A stretch of 63,531 nt of DNA, filler included, from Folioceros fuciformis (taxonomy: Eukaryota): the NCBI GenBank assembly GCA_049999805.1. It is 9 parts of 9 records of this genome, joined end to end, with 100 filler letters (N's around TTAATTAATTAA, not from the genome) between each part and the next. Parts side by side here need not be neighbours in the genome. Positions count along the whole stretch, not along the records: positions 43,086 to 48,715 come from JBNGIO010004713.1; positions 48,816 to 57,912 come from JBNGIO010004714.1; 7 more parts are not named here. One strand, given 5' to 3'. Of this stretch, positions 43,724-56,099 are shown piece after piece. Numbering within the stretch: the first letter of the stretch is position 1; each line of letters starts with the position of its first letter. The notes under the pieces were generated by a model. The model was not told the DNA's origin. It ran no database searches and saw nothing but the letters and a program-made list of their open reading frames with translations. A program made the translations under genes and the position numbers.

Positions 43724-44752
43724 TCACTGCCGAACTATGTACACCAACACCATGAAAGACAAAGAAAACAATGTCGGAAGATTGATTTTTTTCCATATCC
43801 AATACTTCTTCTTCTTCGTATGCGACACTCTATGAGGACGCTTGAGCCACAGCTGCGTGCGCAAGTGCTTCACCTCCCTCTCCTTCTGCTCCACCACCTT
43901 CTCTAGCTTCCGCGTGTGACATCGTGATTCTTGCAGCCATACCTCTAACTTGCACATCTTTTTCTGCATCTCTGCTTCCAATCTTTGTTGCTTCTGCACC
44001 TGTGCTTCAACTTCTTGACTCTGCACCTTCAATTCACATGATTTCTCCAACATTTCTTCACGCAGCCTTTGCAGCTCTTGCTCCTTTGTTGCCAAGTTGA
44101 TTTCCAACTTCTCCTGCTCCCTAGCCGATAGCTTGTCCAAGATCTCACCAATCTCCTTCTCTCTCCGTGTTTTTGCCGCCACCATTGTCTCGTCCAATTC
44201 CATTTCAAGCTCCTCCACTTCTTTCACTAGAGCCCTTTGTGTTTCCGTCTTTTGCTCAATCACTTGTTGTAGATTCTTTAGTTGCTCCTCCATGGACTGT
44301 ATCTGAGCCTGCTTATCCTCCACCTCTACCCTTTTTGTTTCAAGGTTATCCATCAAACTTTTGCATTGCATATGCGCAGCACATGTTGATGTGGAGCATT
44401 TGTGAGCCTCCTCTGCCACTTTCAAACTTGCCCTCAAGCTCAGCAATTCCTTTAGATATTGCCCTGCCACAAGGGAACAGCTCTGAGCTTGCAACTTTCT
44501 CTCCTCATACTTGTCTCTCAACTCTTCCAATTCTCTTTCCATAATTCTTGAATTCTTCTCCACAATTTGACGTTGCACAACCTCGCTAGCAAGCAGCATC
44601 TCTTGTTCCACAACTCGTGATCGAACTCTCTGCAATTCTGCAGCCATACAAGCCACTTGCTCCATTAGACGTCGTAGATTCGCTTTCTTATCATGGAGAT
44701 CCTTGAGGAAGGTTTGAGGCTCAGCTAAGTAATTTGATTCTATTATAGACAT
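43724..44752 (-). CDS. NEAP: Nuclear envelope-associated protein (NEAP) homolog, single exon, ~342 aa; coiled coil + basic patch + C-terminal transmembrane helix
   Basis: FLKDLHDKKANLRR..MAAELQRVRSRVVEQE; KKMCKLEVWLQESRCHTRKLEK; KKKKYW..LFSLSFMVLVYIVRQ* is colinear with the recalled Arabidopsis NEAP pattern LLRDLDEKK.SFRR..ELKQVRGRL..KKVLKLEFCLQEARSQTRKLQ..VSMSML. Confidence 0.88.
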   Translation of the reverse strand: MSIIESNYLAEPQTFLKDLHDKKANLRRLMEQVACMAAELQRVRSRVVEQEMLLASEVVQRQIVEKNSRIMERELEELRDKYEERKLQAQSCSLVAGQYLKELLSLRASLKVAEEAHKCSTSTCAAHMQCKSLMDNLETKRVEVEDKQAQIQSMEEQLKNLQQVIEQKTETQRALVKEVEELEMELDETMVAAKTRREKEIGEILDKLSAREQEKLEINLATKEQELQRLREEMLEKSCELKVQSQEVEAQVQKQQRLEAEMQKKMCKLEVWLQESRCHTRKLEKVVEQKEREVKHLRTQLWLKRPHRVSHTKKKKYWIWKKINLPTLFSLSFMVLVYIVRQ

Positions 44753-45606
44753 CTTCACAATTAATGCACTAGCTTGATGGTGATTGTGGCATTCATACAT
44801 GATGCTTGGAAGCAACAAACACAATCATTTGCAACATCATGTTGTCACNNNNNNNNNNNNNNNNNNNNNNNNNNNNNNNNNNNNNNNNNNNNNNNNNNNN
44901 NNNNNNNNNNNNNNNNNNNNNNNNNNNNNNNNNNNNNNNNNNNNNNNNCATACCAACTTTCCTACGTTCAGTATATGAATAATTTCTTTCAAATGTATAA
45001 AAGATTATCCCACAACTTTCAAATACTAAAAGTTTGAGAACATTGGGCTTCCAAGTCCCAAGGTCAAATTTCATTTATGTTAATGGGCAATATATGTAAA
45101 ATATAATAAACTCCCTACCAATTACAAACAACTATCTAGTAATAAAAATATTATTTTATCTATATAAATACCTAAAGAAATCTTTTCTATATTTTATAAT
45201 AAAATTATCAAAAGTAGATCAAAATTTATATAAAAAATAATTTTTTAAAACCAGATATTTAATGTAGTACTTTGTACATCATGCAAGTGTAACACTCAAT
45301 CATTCTTTTTGCTATTTCTGTAAAATCAACTTTATAAGCTTGATTTTGATGAAATATTTTTACATCATTATTAAAATCTAAAAAGTATTATACAAGCTTC
45401 CAAATCATTGTGTCCCTCAATCAAATTGTCTCCAATTACGTGGTGTACTTCAAAAAAATGAAAAGGAAAAGGAAAAGGAAAAAAAATGAAAAGGAAAAGG
45501 AAGAAANNNNNNNNNNNNNNNNNNNNNNNNNNNNNNNNNNNNNNNNNNNNNNNNNNNNNNNNNNNNNNNNNNNNNNNNNNNNNNNNNNNNNNNNNNNNNN
45601 NNNNNN

Positions 45607-48168
45607 ATATAATGGATCCCAAACAGTTGATACAGCCATGGCAACTGGAAGGGCTAAAATCGCACAAATTGTGCCACCAACAAGTATTTCCATGCAACTC
45701 CACATGCGTGTCCAATTCTTTTTCTGGAGAAAAAAAAAAGCTGAATATGAGCAATATTTATATTTCCATCGTGTTCCTTTCCCTTTCTTGTGGATGGTGA
45801 CGCCATTGAAAGTATTCCAGCGATCCACATGTGCATATCTTTTTGAAAATCTCTTTGTGAGTGAAGAAAATTCCATAATGCGATTCTCCAAGTCCTTGTG
45901 TTCTGAGGTTGCATGCAAGTTTATAGTTGAGGATTCCACTATCTCGGTGCTTCCATTTTCTTGATCATGTAAGTTACTTCCAGATGAGGAATAATCTATG
46001 TCGGCTCCATCATCTTGATGAATTGTTGGGGATCCTTTACTTTTGCAATGTAGATTCACCACACTGCTTTCATGTTCTTCGTGCTCAAATGTTGCATCCG
46101 AAGCAATTGGGTTATCGTGAACACTCCAACCATTGTCACTTGAAGTCTGTAAATCAATTTCTTCAGCATCATGTCTTACTTCATCGGAAGGAATGATATG
46201 ATCAAGCACACTTGGTTCTGATTCCACATGTTGTGCTTCTTTACTAATTGCCACAGAAATAGAATCAAATTGTGATGGCAAAGAATGTTGATCTGCGGGT
46301 TGGTTCTACATGGAGATAAAATAGTAACATTTTTAAAATTTGAAAGGAATGAGAAACTTCCTTTTTGAATTGCAAAGCTATGTAGCTTGAGATGAAGATG
46401 AATGTACCTTAACAAGACAAAAATCTGTATCATTTGTGGATTTGTTTCTCAGGTAGTCATCATCGAACAAGTCCATGCTACTTGAATCCGTAAGAAAAAA
46501 CGATTCTTTCTCCATTAGACTCATGTTAGCCATATTGGTTTGGTTTAAGTTGAATGACTTGGAAGAACACTTCTCTCCTATCCTATCCTTTTGTATCATG
46601 CTGTCAAAACTCCTTCTGTCGTCAAAATCTTCAATGGAGGTGAATTCAGCTCGTTCATTGCCATTATCTCCCCCGTCCTCATCATACTCTGATGCATCAC
46701 GATCAAATATTGGTAGTATGGTGTTATCAAAAAGACTCAGTAACCCATTTGTTTTCTCTAAAGTGGCTGCACCTTCCTCCCTTTCTGTTTCTACACCTGG
46801 CCTCATGTTTGAGGGAGTGTTTGCGCACTGTGTATTAGGAAGTAAAGCATGCTTCTTCAGTTTGCAAAACAGGTCTCTTTTATTTCGCTGCTCCTTTCTC
46901 CGCAACTGTTGGGAAGTGCGGATACATTGTTCGTCGGTTTCAGAATTGATTCCCAGCATGTCACCCTTATCCATCCTACCTTCCTCCGCTAAGCTCACTG
47001 AAGAGGTCCACTTGGATGGCTCGTACCTGGCTGGAAACCTAGAATTCCTCCTGTGTTTCGCGCTTGATTCCGATGGCGTTGATGAGGATGGAGAGGGGGA
47101 GAAGGAAATTACTTGAGATTCTTGGGATAAGTGAGATTCTTTTTGTGCTTGAAGCATTGCACCTTCTTGTTTATTGCAAGGAGTGGTATTCCAAGCGTTG
47201 CTGGATTTCCTGTAGTAATCCAAATCCATGAATGCGGACGGTCCGGGAATTGGTTGCTCCCCCTTTGCACTCCTCCTGGAATTTTCTTCCGAAAGCAGAA
47301 ATTTAGCGGTTTGCAAACTGTCCGCTACCGCCGACCGGACGTGCGGTATCCTGTCATGACGAAAGGCCTCTAGCACCTGCATAGTATAACTGACTTCAGA
47401 TGCCAAGGTGATGGTGTCGAGCTTGGCGAGAACGGCCTGGATCAAACGAGCGGCAGACACACGATGATGCCATGTGCCATTCCCAATAGATGCGCGTAGA
47501 GCTTGACATGCAGATCGGAGTAGGGCAAGCCCGTAGGCACCTAACACATCTCCATTTTTCAATGCTAGGGCACGAGCGAGCTGCATATGTCCAACCGTCC
47601 TGGTTGCCTTGTCTCCCAACGCAATGGTGCACCTCAAGCATGTCTCTTGGATCAAGTCCATGGATGCAAACTTCCACATGTCCGACTCTACCAGTGCCTG
47701 CAGACAAATTGCAGCTCCTGCCGCTAGAGGTTCAAACGTGCCCGCCAACACCTCCAACAAGGGCACACAAACCTCGTTTACCAGAGTGTGCGCTTGCCCG
47801 AGAGGAGCCAGCGGATCCATGGTATGTTGCACAATAGCTACCACCACATGCGCACATGCCTGGTGCAATTGCAACGAGCTCCCGCTCGCCGAGAGGAACC
47901 TTACGATGGTGGACAACATACGAGGCACATGCTGGATGATGAAGTTGCCATGTATCCGTGCAACATCCTCGAAGAGGGAGATGGCGTAACAGCGAGTGGT
48001 ACCTTCGTCTCGACACTCCGAAACTTGGGCCAGGAATCGTGGCACTGAGCCGGCGTCTAACTGGCCCACGAACGACTTGAGGGAATGCATTGCCAGACGC
48101 CTAGAGTCTCCATCCTCGCTGAGTTTGGCTAGATCCTGCTTCACGAGGGGGCTCATGTACCTCCCCAT
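45607..48168 (-). CDS. SINE1: SINE1/SINE2-like ARM-repeat KASH protein; exon 1 48168-46408, phase-0 intron 46407-46306, exon 2 46305 into the N gap
   Basis: MGRYMSPLVKQDLAKLSEDGDSRRLAMHSLKSFVGQLD..FLAQV..AISLFEDVARIHG..GAAICLQALVESDMWKFAS matches the SINE N-terminus; AAG|GTACAT..ATGTAG|AAC joins two same-frame ORFs; TM helix ILVGGTICAILALPVAMAVSTV just before the gap. Confidence 0.88.
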
Positions 48169-48815
48169 GGGGATCCCGCTACACCAGATGGCGACAACGT
48201 CGCCGGCCTGCCCTGCCTTGCTTTGCTTTGCCTTGCCTTGCCTTGCCCTGACTGCTTCACATCACATGCCCATCATGCTCCCGCTCATGCGCATCCACTC
48301 TCCACCTCCCTTAGGATTACTACACACTAGAGAGCATGCACCGGGCGCGTGCTTGTAGGTGGTGAAACGAGAGAGTGAAAGGCGGCCCGGTTTGAATCTT
48401 AGCACACTAGACGGAGCAGCAGCAGCAGCAGGAGGGTCAGGAGCCAGGAGCCAGGAGCAGGAGCAGGAGCAGCCGCAGCAGCGAGGAAGTCACGACTCCC
48501 TGGAGCCGGGCCAACCTGACCTAACCTAACCTGGCCTAACCAAACCTAACCTAACCTAACGGCCTCTGCTGCCGGATACAGCCGGTGGCGGCCACCGGAC
48601 CGACCGGTGACGCCGAACGCGCTTGGCGTGATCCGGAACACGACAAAGCGGGCCAGTGGGTATCCGCCAGCGCGGCGCTCCGTATGGCATCATCGATGGA
48701 CGAGGCTGGCGCGCGNNNNNNNNNNNNNNNNNNNNNNNNNNNNNNNNNNNNNNNNNNNNTTAATTAATTAANNNNNNNNNNNNNNNNNNNNNNNNNNNNN
48801 NNNNNNNNNNNNNNN

Positions 48816-51800
48816 GCGGATCATCAAATAAATCAACATGGTCTGGTGCTTGTTGAAGAGGAACTGCATTCTCAACTGTCTCACCACCAGTGGGAACATT
48901 GTGGGACTGGTCATTGTCACCCCCTGAACCACCGGCTGCACCTGCTGCACTGGCTGCACCCCCTGAAGGAGAAGCAGGAGCAGAAGGTGGGACAAAAGAA
49001 TCCTGAGGAAAGTGAGAAGGAGCTTCATCATCAACATCAACCGAGGCCTCAAAATCAGTAGCTGGCATCGTGTTGTTGACAGTGTCAGCATTTTGCTTAG
49101 CAGGAGAAGTTAGCTCCTTAAAGGTCACACTTCGAGCAAAGAGAGAAGAATGAGAGGAGGGGTCATACAACTTGTAAGCCTTAGTCTCCTCACCGTATCC
49201 AACAAAGATATAAGGCTTAGCTCGGTCCTGAAGCTTCTTGCGTTGCTCGACAGGTATGAAGGCATATGCTGGAGAGCCGAAAACGCGAAGATGCAATAAA
49301 CTGGGTCGACGTTGCCAGATTACCTCATAAGGCATGCGTCCTTCAACAACACTTGTCAGCAGTCGGTTCAGAATGTACGTAGCTGTGACAATAGCCTCAG
49401 CCCAGTAGGATTTGGCCAAACCTGACCAATCAATCATGCTTCTTGTCATATTAAGCAGAATCTAGTTGCGTCTCTCGGCGACTCCGTTCTGCTGTGGAGT
49501 ATATGGGACAGTAAGCTGCCTCAAAATGCCTCTTTTAGCAAGATACTGGTTGAAAATGCTGCTGACATATTCAGTGCCATTGTCGGATCGAAGACAGCGG
49601 AGGAGTCTGCCTATCTGATGTTCCACCATGATAAGCCATTCTTGAAAGAGAGGAAACGTGTCTGATTTGCGTTTCATAGGATAGGTCCAGCTATATCTAC
49701 TATAGTTGTCTGTGATTGTGAGATAATAGAAGGCACCTCCTAATGATGGAACATGCAGCTTACCAGAAATATCCGAATGCACCAGGTCCAAAACGTTTGA
49801 GGAACGATAAGAAACTGTGGAAGGAACTGGAAGTTGCTTTTGTTTGGCAACAATACAGGAATCACATAATGGAAGTTCCTTAAAGTAGCGAGGCAGAGGC
49901 TCCCTATAACATTCAAGGTTAGACATCTTTATCAACTTGTCTTGATTTGCATGTCCCACACGAGCATGCCATAATTGTGCCAAAGCTTCTTGTGTCGTGG
50001 AAAAGACGAAAGCGCTCTTAGCGTGTTCACAGCATATGTTGAGCTTGTAGAGATCATGTTCAAGAATACCCCGAGCAATAGTAGTATGTGGAGATGTCTT
50101 GAGCACAATGTGGCAATCAGCAGCAGAGGTAAAAGACAACTCATAACACTCTAGCTTCATGAATTGACTAACCGAAAACAGATGCTTTGCCATACTCGGG
50201 ACATACAGAACATTGTCCAGTTGCAGAATAGAGTTGTCGGCAAGTCGAAATGAGCAAGACCCAGAACCAAGAATATTCAAACCTGTCCGGGTAAGTTCAT
50301 CGCCCAACAACACCTTCTCTTTAGTTTGGAAAGGAATAAAGTTGCTAAGCAAGTTTCTATTGTGGCAAATATGGGATGTCGCCCCCGAATCCAAATACCA
50401 AGAGTCTGATTGACAGGCCCTATGCGTATTATGGCAGACGGTGAAGACAACTGGCTGCTTGCCAGAAGAAGAAGCCTATGAGGGCTTGTCCTTGGAAACA
50501 GAATGCGCCTCAACCGCCCTAGGGGTCTTCTCGGCTTTCTTCGGTTCTCCAGAACGTTTCTTCCTGCACTCGCGCTCCCAATGCCCTGGAAGCCCACACC
50601 AGTTGCAGGATCCAGTACGTTTTGCTTGCCCTGGCTTGGAAACACCAACTCCTTGTGAGTTCTTTCCTTTCCCAAATTGCTATTTGCTTTTGGTGAACAA
50701 GACTCTGTCAGTCTTAGTCTTGGCAGAGTGTGTATTACTCCGACTTTGTTCTTCTTGGAATAGAGCGCCAATTACATCAGTGAGTAAAATGCGGGGTTGT
50801 TTGCCTGCAGCCACAGCCTTGGTCGCAGCGCTGAGGGAAGCACCGTAGCTAGATACAAAAGGTTGATAGCTCGGAGGCAAACTAGTGAGCAGTTGAGCAA
50901 CAGCATCAAGCTCGCTCATTGTGGAGCCCAGGGATATCAATTGTGAACGAAGATGCCTGAACTTCCCCACGAATGCGGCTACCCGATCTCCATCTCTCAT
51001 TCACAAAGAGAACAACTCACTCCTCACAGCACATAGAGTAAGAATATTCTTCACATCATATGTCTATGAGAGTTGTGTCCAGATCTCCTCTGCTTTGTTG
51101 AGATAGGCAACATCAGGTACCATGACTTCATCTAATCCACTGATGAGGAGGGCACGTGCAACATTGTTAGCATTCATCCACTTGTCCTTCTCATCCTGGG
51201 TGGCTGTGGCTGCAGGTTCTACATGAACTCCACTAATGACTCCCCACACATGCCGAGCATCAAGTGCAGCGCGCATCCGCACGCTCCACACTTGATATTT
51301 ATTCCCGTTGAACCTATCTCGTTCCTTGAATTCTATTGTGTAGGAGGGTTGATAGGTAGGAGGAAAAGGAAGTGGAGGTATAGGTGATGGAGCAAGGGGT
51401 GTGGGGTATGATACGCCACCACCCAAGCCGCTACCACCACCACCGGAACCGCCGACGCCACCAGAGCCCCCGCCGCCAGAGCCCCCGCCGCCAGAGCCCC
51501 TGCTCGCCATGCTTCAGAGGTGATAAAGGAGGCTAAGAGGCCAGGGGGCTAACAGGCGACTGGACAGTGTAGCGCCAAGTCGGTGTCAGCTGACGCCGCT
51601 CCACAGAGTCGGCAGTTACGGGTACGAAACGACGTCGCGCCTGTTCGCAGCTTTTGACATGTTTCCGAAATTGGGCGCCTGATGCCAAATTGCTCACTGC
51701 GCCCGTTCAAATCTTGTCTGTGCAGAATCGCGATGCCTGCAGAGACAAATCCCAACCCCAGATGAGATCAAAGCAAAGTGGATCTCGAGTCTCGACTCGA

Positions 51801-52776
51801 GGAAGCCACATAATCTTGTCGCATGATCTCCCGGATGAGCAGCGCTCTCTCAAGTAGAGAAATCAGGCGCTTCTGTTGTTGTGTCAGGCTGTCAATTTGT
51901 GCCACAAGAGTTTGGAGATCTTTGAGCTGCACAATCGCACAAGTCTGATTTTGGATTGGGCGCAGATCTTGGTGACAGGTACAGCCTGAAATGCTCGCTC
52001 GTTTGTATTTGTCGTCCTGTAGAGATGGATGAGTGAACCGATATTGGTCGGCTCTCTTCCTTTGAGTGTCTACAGGAGTCGGCAATGGGATTTGATGCCT
52101 CTGATAAAATTCTGCGTTTCTCAACGCGATGTTCCATGGAAGAACGGATGACCGCCTGGATTGGCGTCTAGACATCTTGATGGCGCACAACACCTGCCTT
52201 TGATCTTCACAAGTAATTGCGTCTCCACATAATACGCAGCGGAAATATAGAATCTAAGCATGTCCAGACTTCTGATTGTCTGATGATGCCTTGTCTGTTT
52301 GTATCTAGAACTAACAGTGTAATGCAGGTGACGAGACTACGCTGGGCACACCATCCTGCACCCATTTGCATGTGTGCAAGATTTTTTTTTTTTTGACTAA
52401 TTGTAAGTTTGGTCACGGGCATCTACAGTGCATACATCTAGAAACAAAAGATAGCCTATATGCTATGCAGATAGAGAGCCTTCCTGAGCACATGATCCAC
52501 GCCTCACGGAAAGTGAGTATTGAATGATGTGCTCATTCGAGTGCTTTTCTATCATCATAGTAACCTAGCGCTCTGATACCATCACAAGGTTTTTGAAGAG
52601 CGGAGCAAGCGAGAGACTTGAAGAAAGATTTGTAGAACAAGTAAAACAATTAATGTCAAAAGATGTCTTATATACAAAATTGTATGTAACCTATGTAACT
52701 CTTCATTTAAGTATAAGTTAGATATTCTAAGCGACGTGGTTACTAGTTAATCCTAACCGGGTTACGGGGTTCAACA
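48816..52776 (-). mobile_element. Ty1/copia element (short 5' LTR, PBS, upstream extra ORF, gag, protease, integrase), decayed
   Basis: LTR starts TGTTGAA at 52776; PBS at 52570-52581; gag ERDRFNGNKYQVWSVRMRAAL; CNWCGLPGHWEREC; WYLDSGATSHIC; LWHARVGH..CDSC; LRSDNGTEY; PQQNGVAERRN; several in-frame stops. Confidence 0.95.
52570..52581 (-). promoter_or_regulatory. tRNA-iMet primer binding site
   Basis: Plus-strand GCTCTGATACCA = TGGTATCAGAGC on minus. Confidence 0.9.
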
Positions 52777-55475
52777 TATATGCCTCTAAGACTTTGGCAA
52801 TCCAAAATGGTCTATTGTCTTCGTAGGTCTCGCAAGGGACTGCAATCATATGCCCTTTTTCTATTTCCATTATATCCTCGTTCAAACTGTCGCAGTCATC
52901 ATTGAGGTCCGTCTTCCTACGGTATGCCCCTACATACATGTTTCTTCTGGGAATCTCGCGGATGCGTGGATTGTAAACAACCATTTCATCTGGTACAGTA
53001 ACAGGTGTGTTCAATATTTTTGCCGCCTCCCGATTATACCACAGCCAATTCGAATCAAGTTCTCTGTCTACACTGGAGTTTATAGAATGCACGATAGCCT
53101 CTTGCTCTGCCCAAAACCCATCCCACCACAAGTTCTAGCCTAGTCCTAAGTGTTGTCATAATCGCACCTCTAGTTTTAATCTGATTTGTGCCAGATGATA
53201 TTCAACGACATTGTCTGGAACTGTCCTTTGTTTTTTGCTCCTAGATTGTAGATATAAAAATGGAGCAGCTTTGATTTCTGTGTCCGGAACATGCTTCAGA
53301 AACTCGATACCCTCATCTGGCGACCAAAATCCGTCTGTACAATACTGCTTCCCGCGCATCACTATTATAAAGCCCTGTTCACCATGGCTCTCCCTTGTGA
53401 TCTTGAACTGGTGTTGGAACGAAATATTGTGCAGTGGGTGAACAGCCTTACATTTTGATAACCAGCTTTTCCGAAAGGTACAGGCCACACAAATCGCCGA
53501 AAGTCTGGCACCTCCTTCACTTCATGCATTGCTGGTGTAGGTGTATAAGAACTCTGCATAACAGCGATGAGTGCAGGTAAAGTCAATGCCTCTTTCCTTT
53601 CCAGAGCCGTCAAAAACCGAGAGAACATCTGGTCCACTTGGTCGTGTGTGTGGCCTACTAGTAAAAACCCCACCTTTACCTTCTTGAAGATTCCTTTCTC
53701 CACTAACATATTCAAATATGAAAACAGCATAGCGTTTTTGTTTTCTCTTGCTGTGTTGTCCAGCTGCAAGTACATAACTCCTAGAAAAAGTCCAGCGTAC
53801 ACGTGAATCACACTCTGAATAATAGAAATCGTTAAGTTTGCATTGTTCCGTATATTTCCATACTCTATGAAGAGCTCAGGCGACATTGTGCTATTGTACA
53901 CCATGCAGCCCACGACATGGACGTCAATAAGGTCAAAATCCGCCAAGTCTTTTGGAAGTCGCACAAACTGAGGAATATGAGTTTTTTGCTGATCCATACC
54001 ATCTATAGACAACCCGAGATATTGAGTTGGATCACCATAGCATTTTACACGATACTTGATACTCTTCTCCCTCTCCGCCTTCAGCCACTGTCGATGTTCT
54101 TTTAAGTTGCTTTCAAAACCCTCTGCCAGGAACGGGAACAACAGTCAACGTGCACTTACTTTGGTCTTCGGGTGTGCGCCGGTGTACCGGTGCACTTTTC
54201 TCATGCATTTGGACAAGTGCGCTGGTAGATCGGCGCACTTGTCCTCACTCGGCGGGAGTGCGCCGGTAGACCAGCACACTGGTCCTGACCCGCCGGGAGT
54301 GCGCTAATAGACCGGCGCACTAGTCCTGACCTACCGGGAGTGCGCTAATAGACCGGCGCACTCCATGTGTCACCCAAACCAGCACCAGACTACAAACATG
54401 TGCAATAAAGAGCATGGAATTAAAACACGCAACCCTAAGAACAAATTCGTACCTTGTTTTTGTTTATCTGTTTCAGAGCGAATGTTTCTCTTTAGATAAT
54501 CGCACGTAGTACACAAGGAAAATCTGTTCGTTTTTGGAATGCGCACTTTCGGGAAGTGCGGAGCCCATAGCTGACAGAAGTAAGAGTACGAAATGTTATA
54601 TTTTCTTGCTCTGCTCATTTGCCGCTTGTAGTCCATGAGAATTTCCTCCTTTGTGTAAGAGTCAGGCAAATGGTACAGTTCAACATTTGGCATACGCTCT
54701 GCAATTAGGAGAAATAATTGATCCATCCATACGACGCGGCAGCGGCTTACCCTGGAGCCCGTGGCTCTGAGGGGATAGCTCTGGACCAAACAATGTTCCC
54801 ACAAGCACGTTCTTTTGCTCCCTCATATCTATTTGAACCAATACAGTACACTCTTCTGAAAGCGTCTCGACAACACCTTATTTTCCCCAACCCAAGTAAG
54901 AATGGCTCCGCGATTGGACGTGCGCTACCAGTCTGTTCGACATCAAAATGTGCCTGGAAAAAGGTTTCTTGTTCGGTCCTGCTCATCTTCAAAAACCGAT
55001 ATCGCAACTCTCTGAATCCTGGTTTGCCAAGCAGTCTCAAACATTGTCTTGGACAACATATCTTTCTATAATCAAGGGAAATGCGAAGCTCTGAACACTT
55101 AGCCTCTAGTAATGTTGAAGTTCTCTTCTGCCGACATCTTCGATGATCTAAGGGTGTTTCGATCATTGACTCCAACGCCGGCTTCCGATTAAAGGTCGAC
55201 CGCTGGCTAGGTGTTTGTCTTGAATCCGAACACTCTTGACTGCAACGCCCTTCTTCATTCGCATTCATGGAATCGTTCACTTCCTGCATATGTGTTCCAG
55301 TACCTAGGCCCCAACCTTCTGCACCACTCCCTCCCGAGAACTTACGAACATCGGCGTTTCCCCGTAGCACTGTAGTCTTCATCACTGCGCCCACAAATGA
55401 ATGTCGCGGAGATAACAGGCTTGGAAAACTGTGCACTTCGTCCAGAAGACTGAGCCGGATTGGCGACGACCTCAA
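52777..55475 (-). mobile_element. Sola-like DDD transposase pseudogene with a phase-1 intron (54452-54123)
   Basis: FCQLW..FPKVRIPK..FSLCTTCD; LSIDGMDQ; YLQLDNTARENKN; FLLVGHTHDQVDQMFS; frameshifts near 54.77 and 53.48 kb; 3' end cut by the copia LTR. Confidence 0.75.
54172..54362. repeat. 41-bp tandem array of palindromic hairpin units inside the transposase intron
   Basis: AGTGCGC-N10-GCGCACT at 54216, 54257 (one mismatch), 54298, 54339, plus a degenerate copy at ~54173. Confidence 0.9.
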
Positions 55476-56099
55476 CTCCTGACACTGATGTATGGAAGGA
55501 TGATCTCCTGGGGATTAGAATCATCCACGGATTAGTAAAACAGAAGCAAATCATAGTCATGTGAATCCACGATTACAAAGCATCGTCCGCTCTTCCAAAC
55601 CTTCGTCGCTACTATCTTCACAAAAATTCTCCATACCGCGACACGATGAAAAAGATTTGTTTGCCATGGAAGCATGAAAGAACAAAGTGTATGTATACCC
55701 TTCGGCTTGGCTGGCTTTCAAATCTCCTGCGTTGTAACAAGTCCCTACACCAAGTCCCGAGGCGCAAGTGATTAATGCAATGAGAACGTTAGACCAAAAA
55801 TAGAACTAGCTGTTGAGGGAGAATCAACACTGGAAACGACCATCATCACACTAATTCGATTTGAACATTTGAGTCAAAATAGAACTAACTGTTCAATGAG
55901 AATCGCCGCCTGATACAACTTGCATCGCGCTATAAATGCATTGGCGGTCGGTAATAGTGGATATTCGATTTCAGCTGAACAGTTCGTTGTCGACTTCTTT
56001 GTTGTACAAATCCAGTGCTTGGGAACTTCTTCCACAACAGCTTCCGTCTCTAGAAAAGACTACGTGCTGTGCGACTCTTCCCTTTTTGGGTGCACAGCA

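Noticed and set aside
46475-48358. Multiple + strand ORFs of 80-213 aa
   Set aside because: Antisense shadows of the SINE-like coding exon. The same applies to ORFs opposite UBP12, MED25, VHA-c and the pol genes.
48515-48560. (CCTAA)n resembling TTAGG telomere repeats
   Set aside because: Short, degenerate and embedded among other simple repeats upstream of the SINE-like gene; not the plant TTTAGGG motif.
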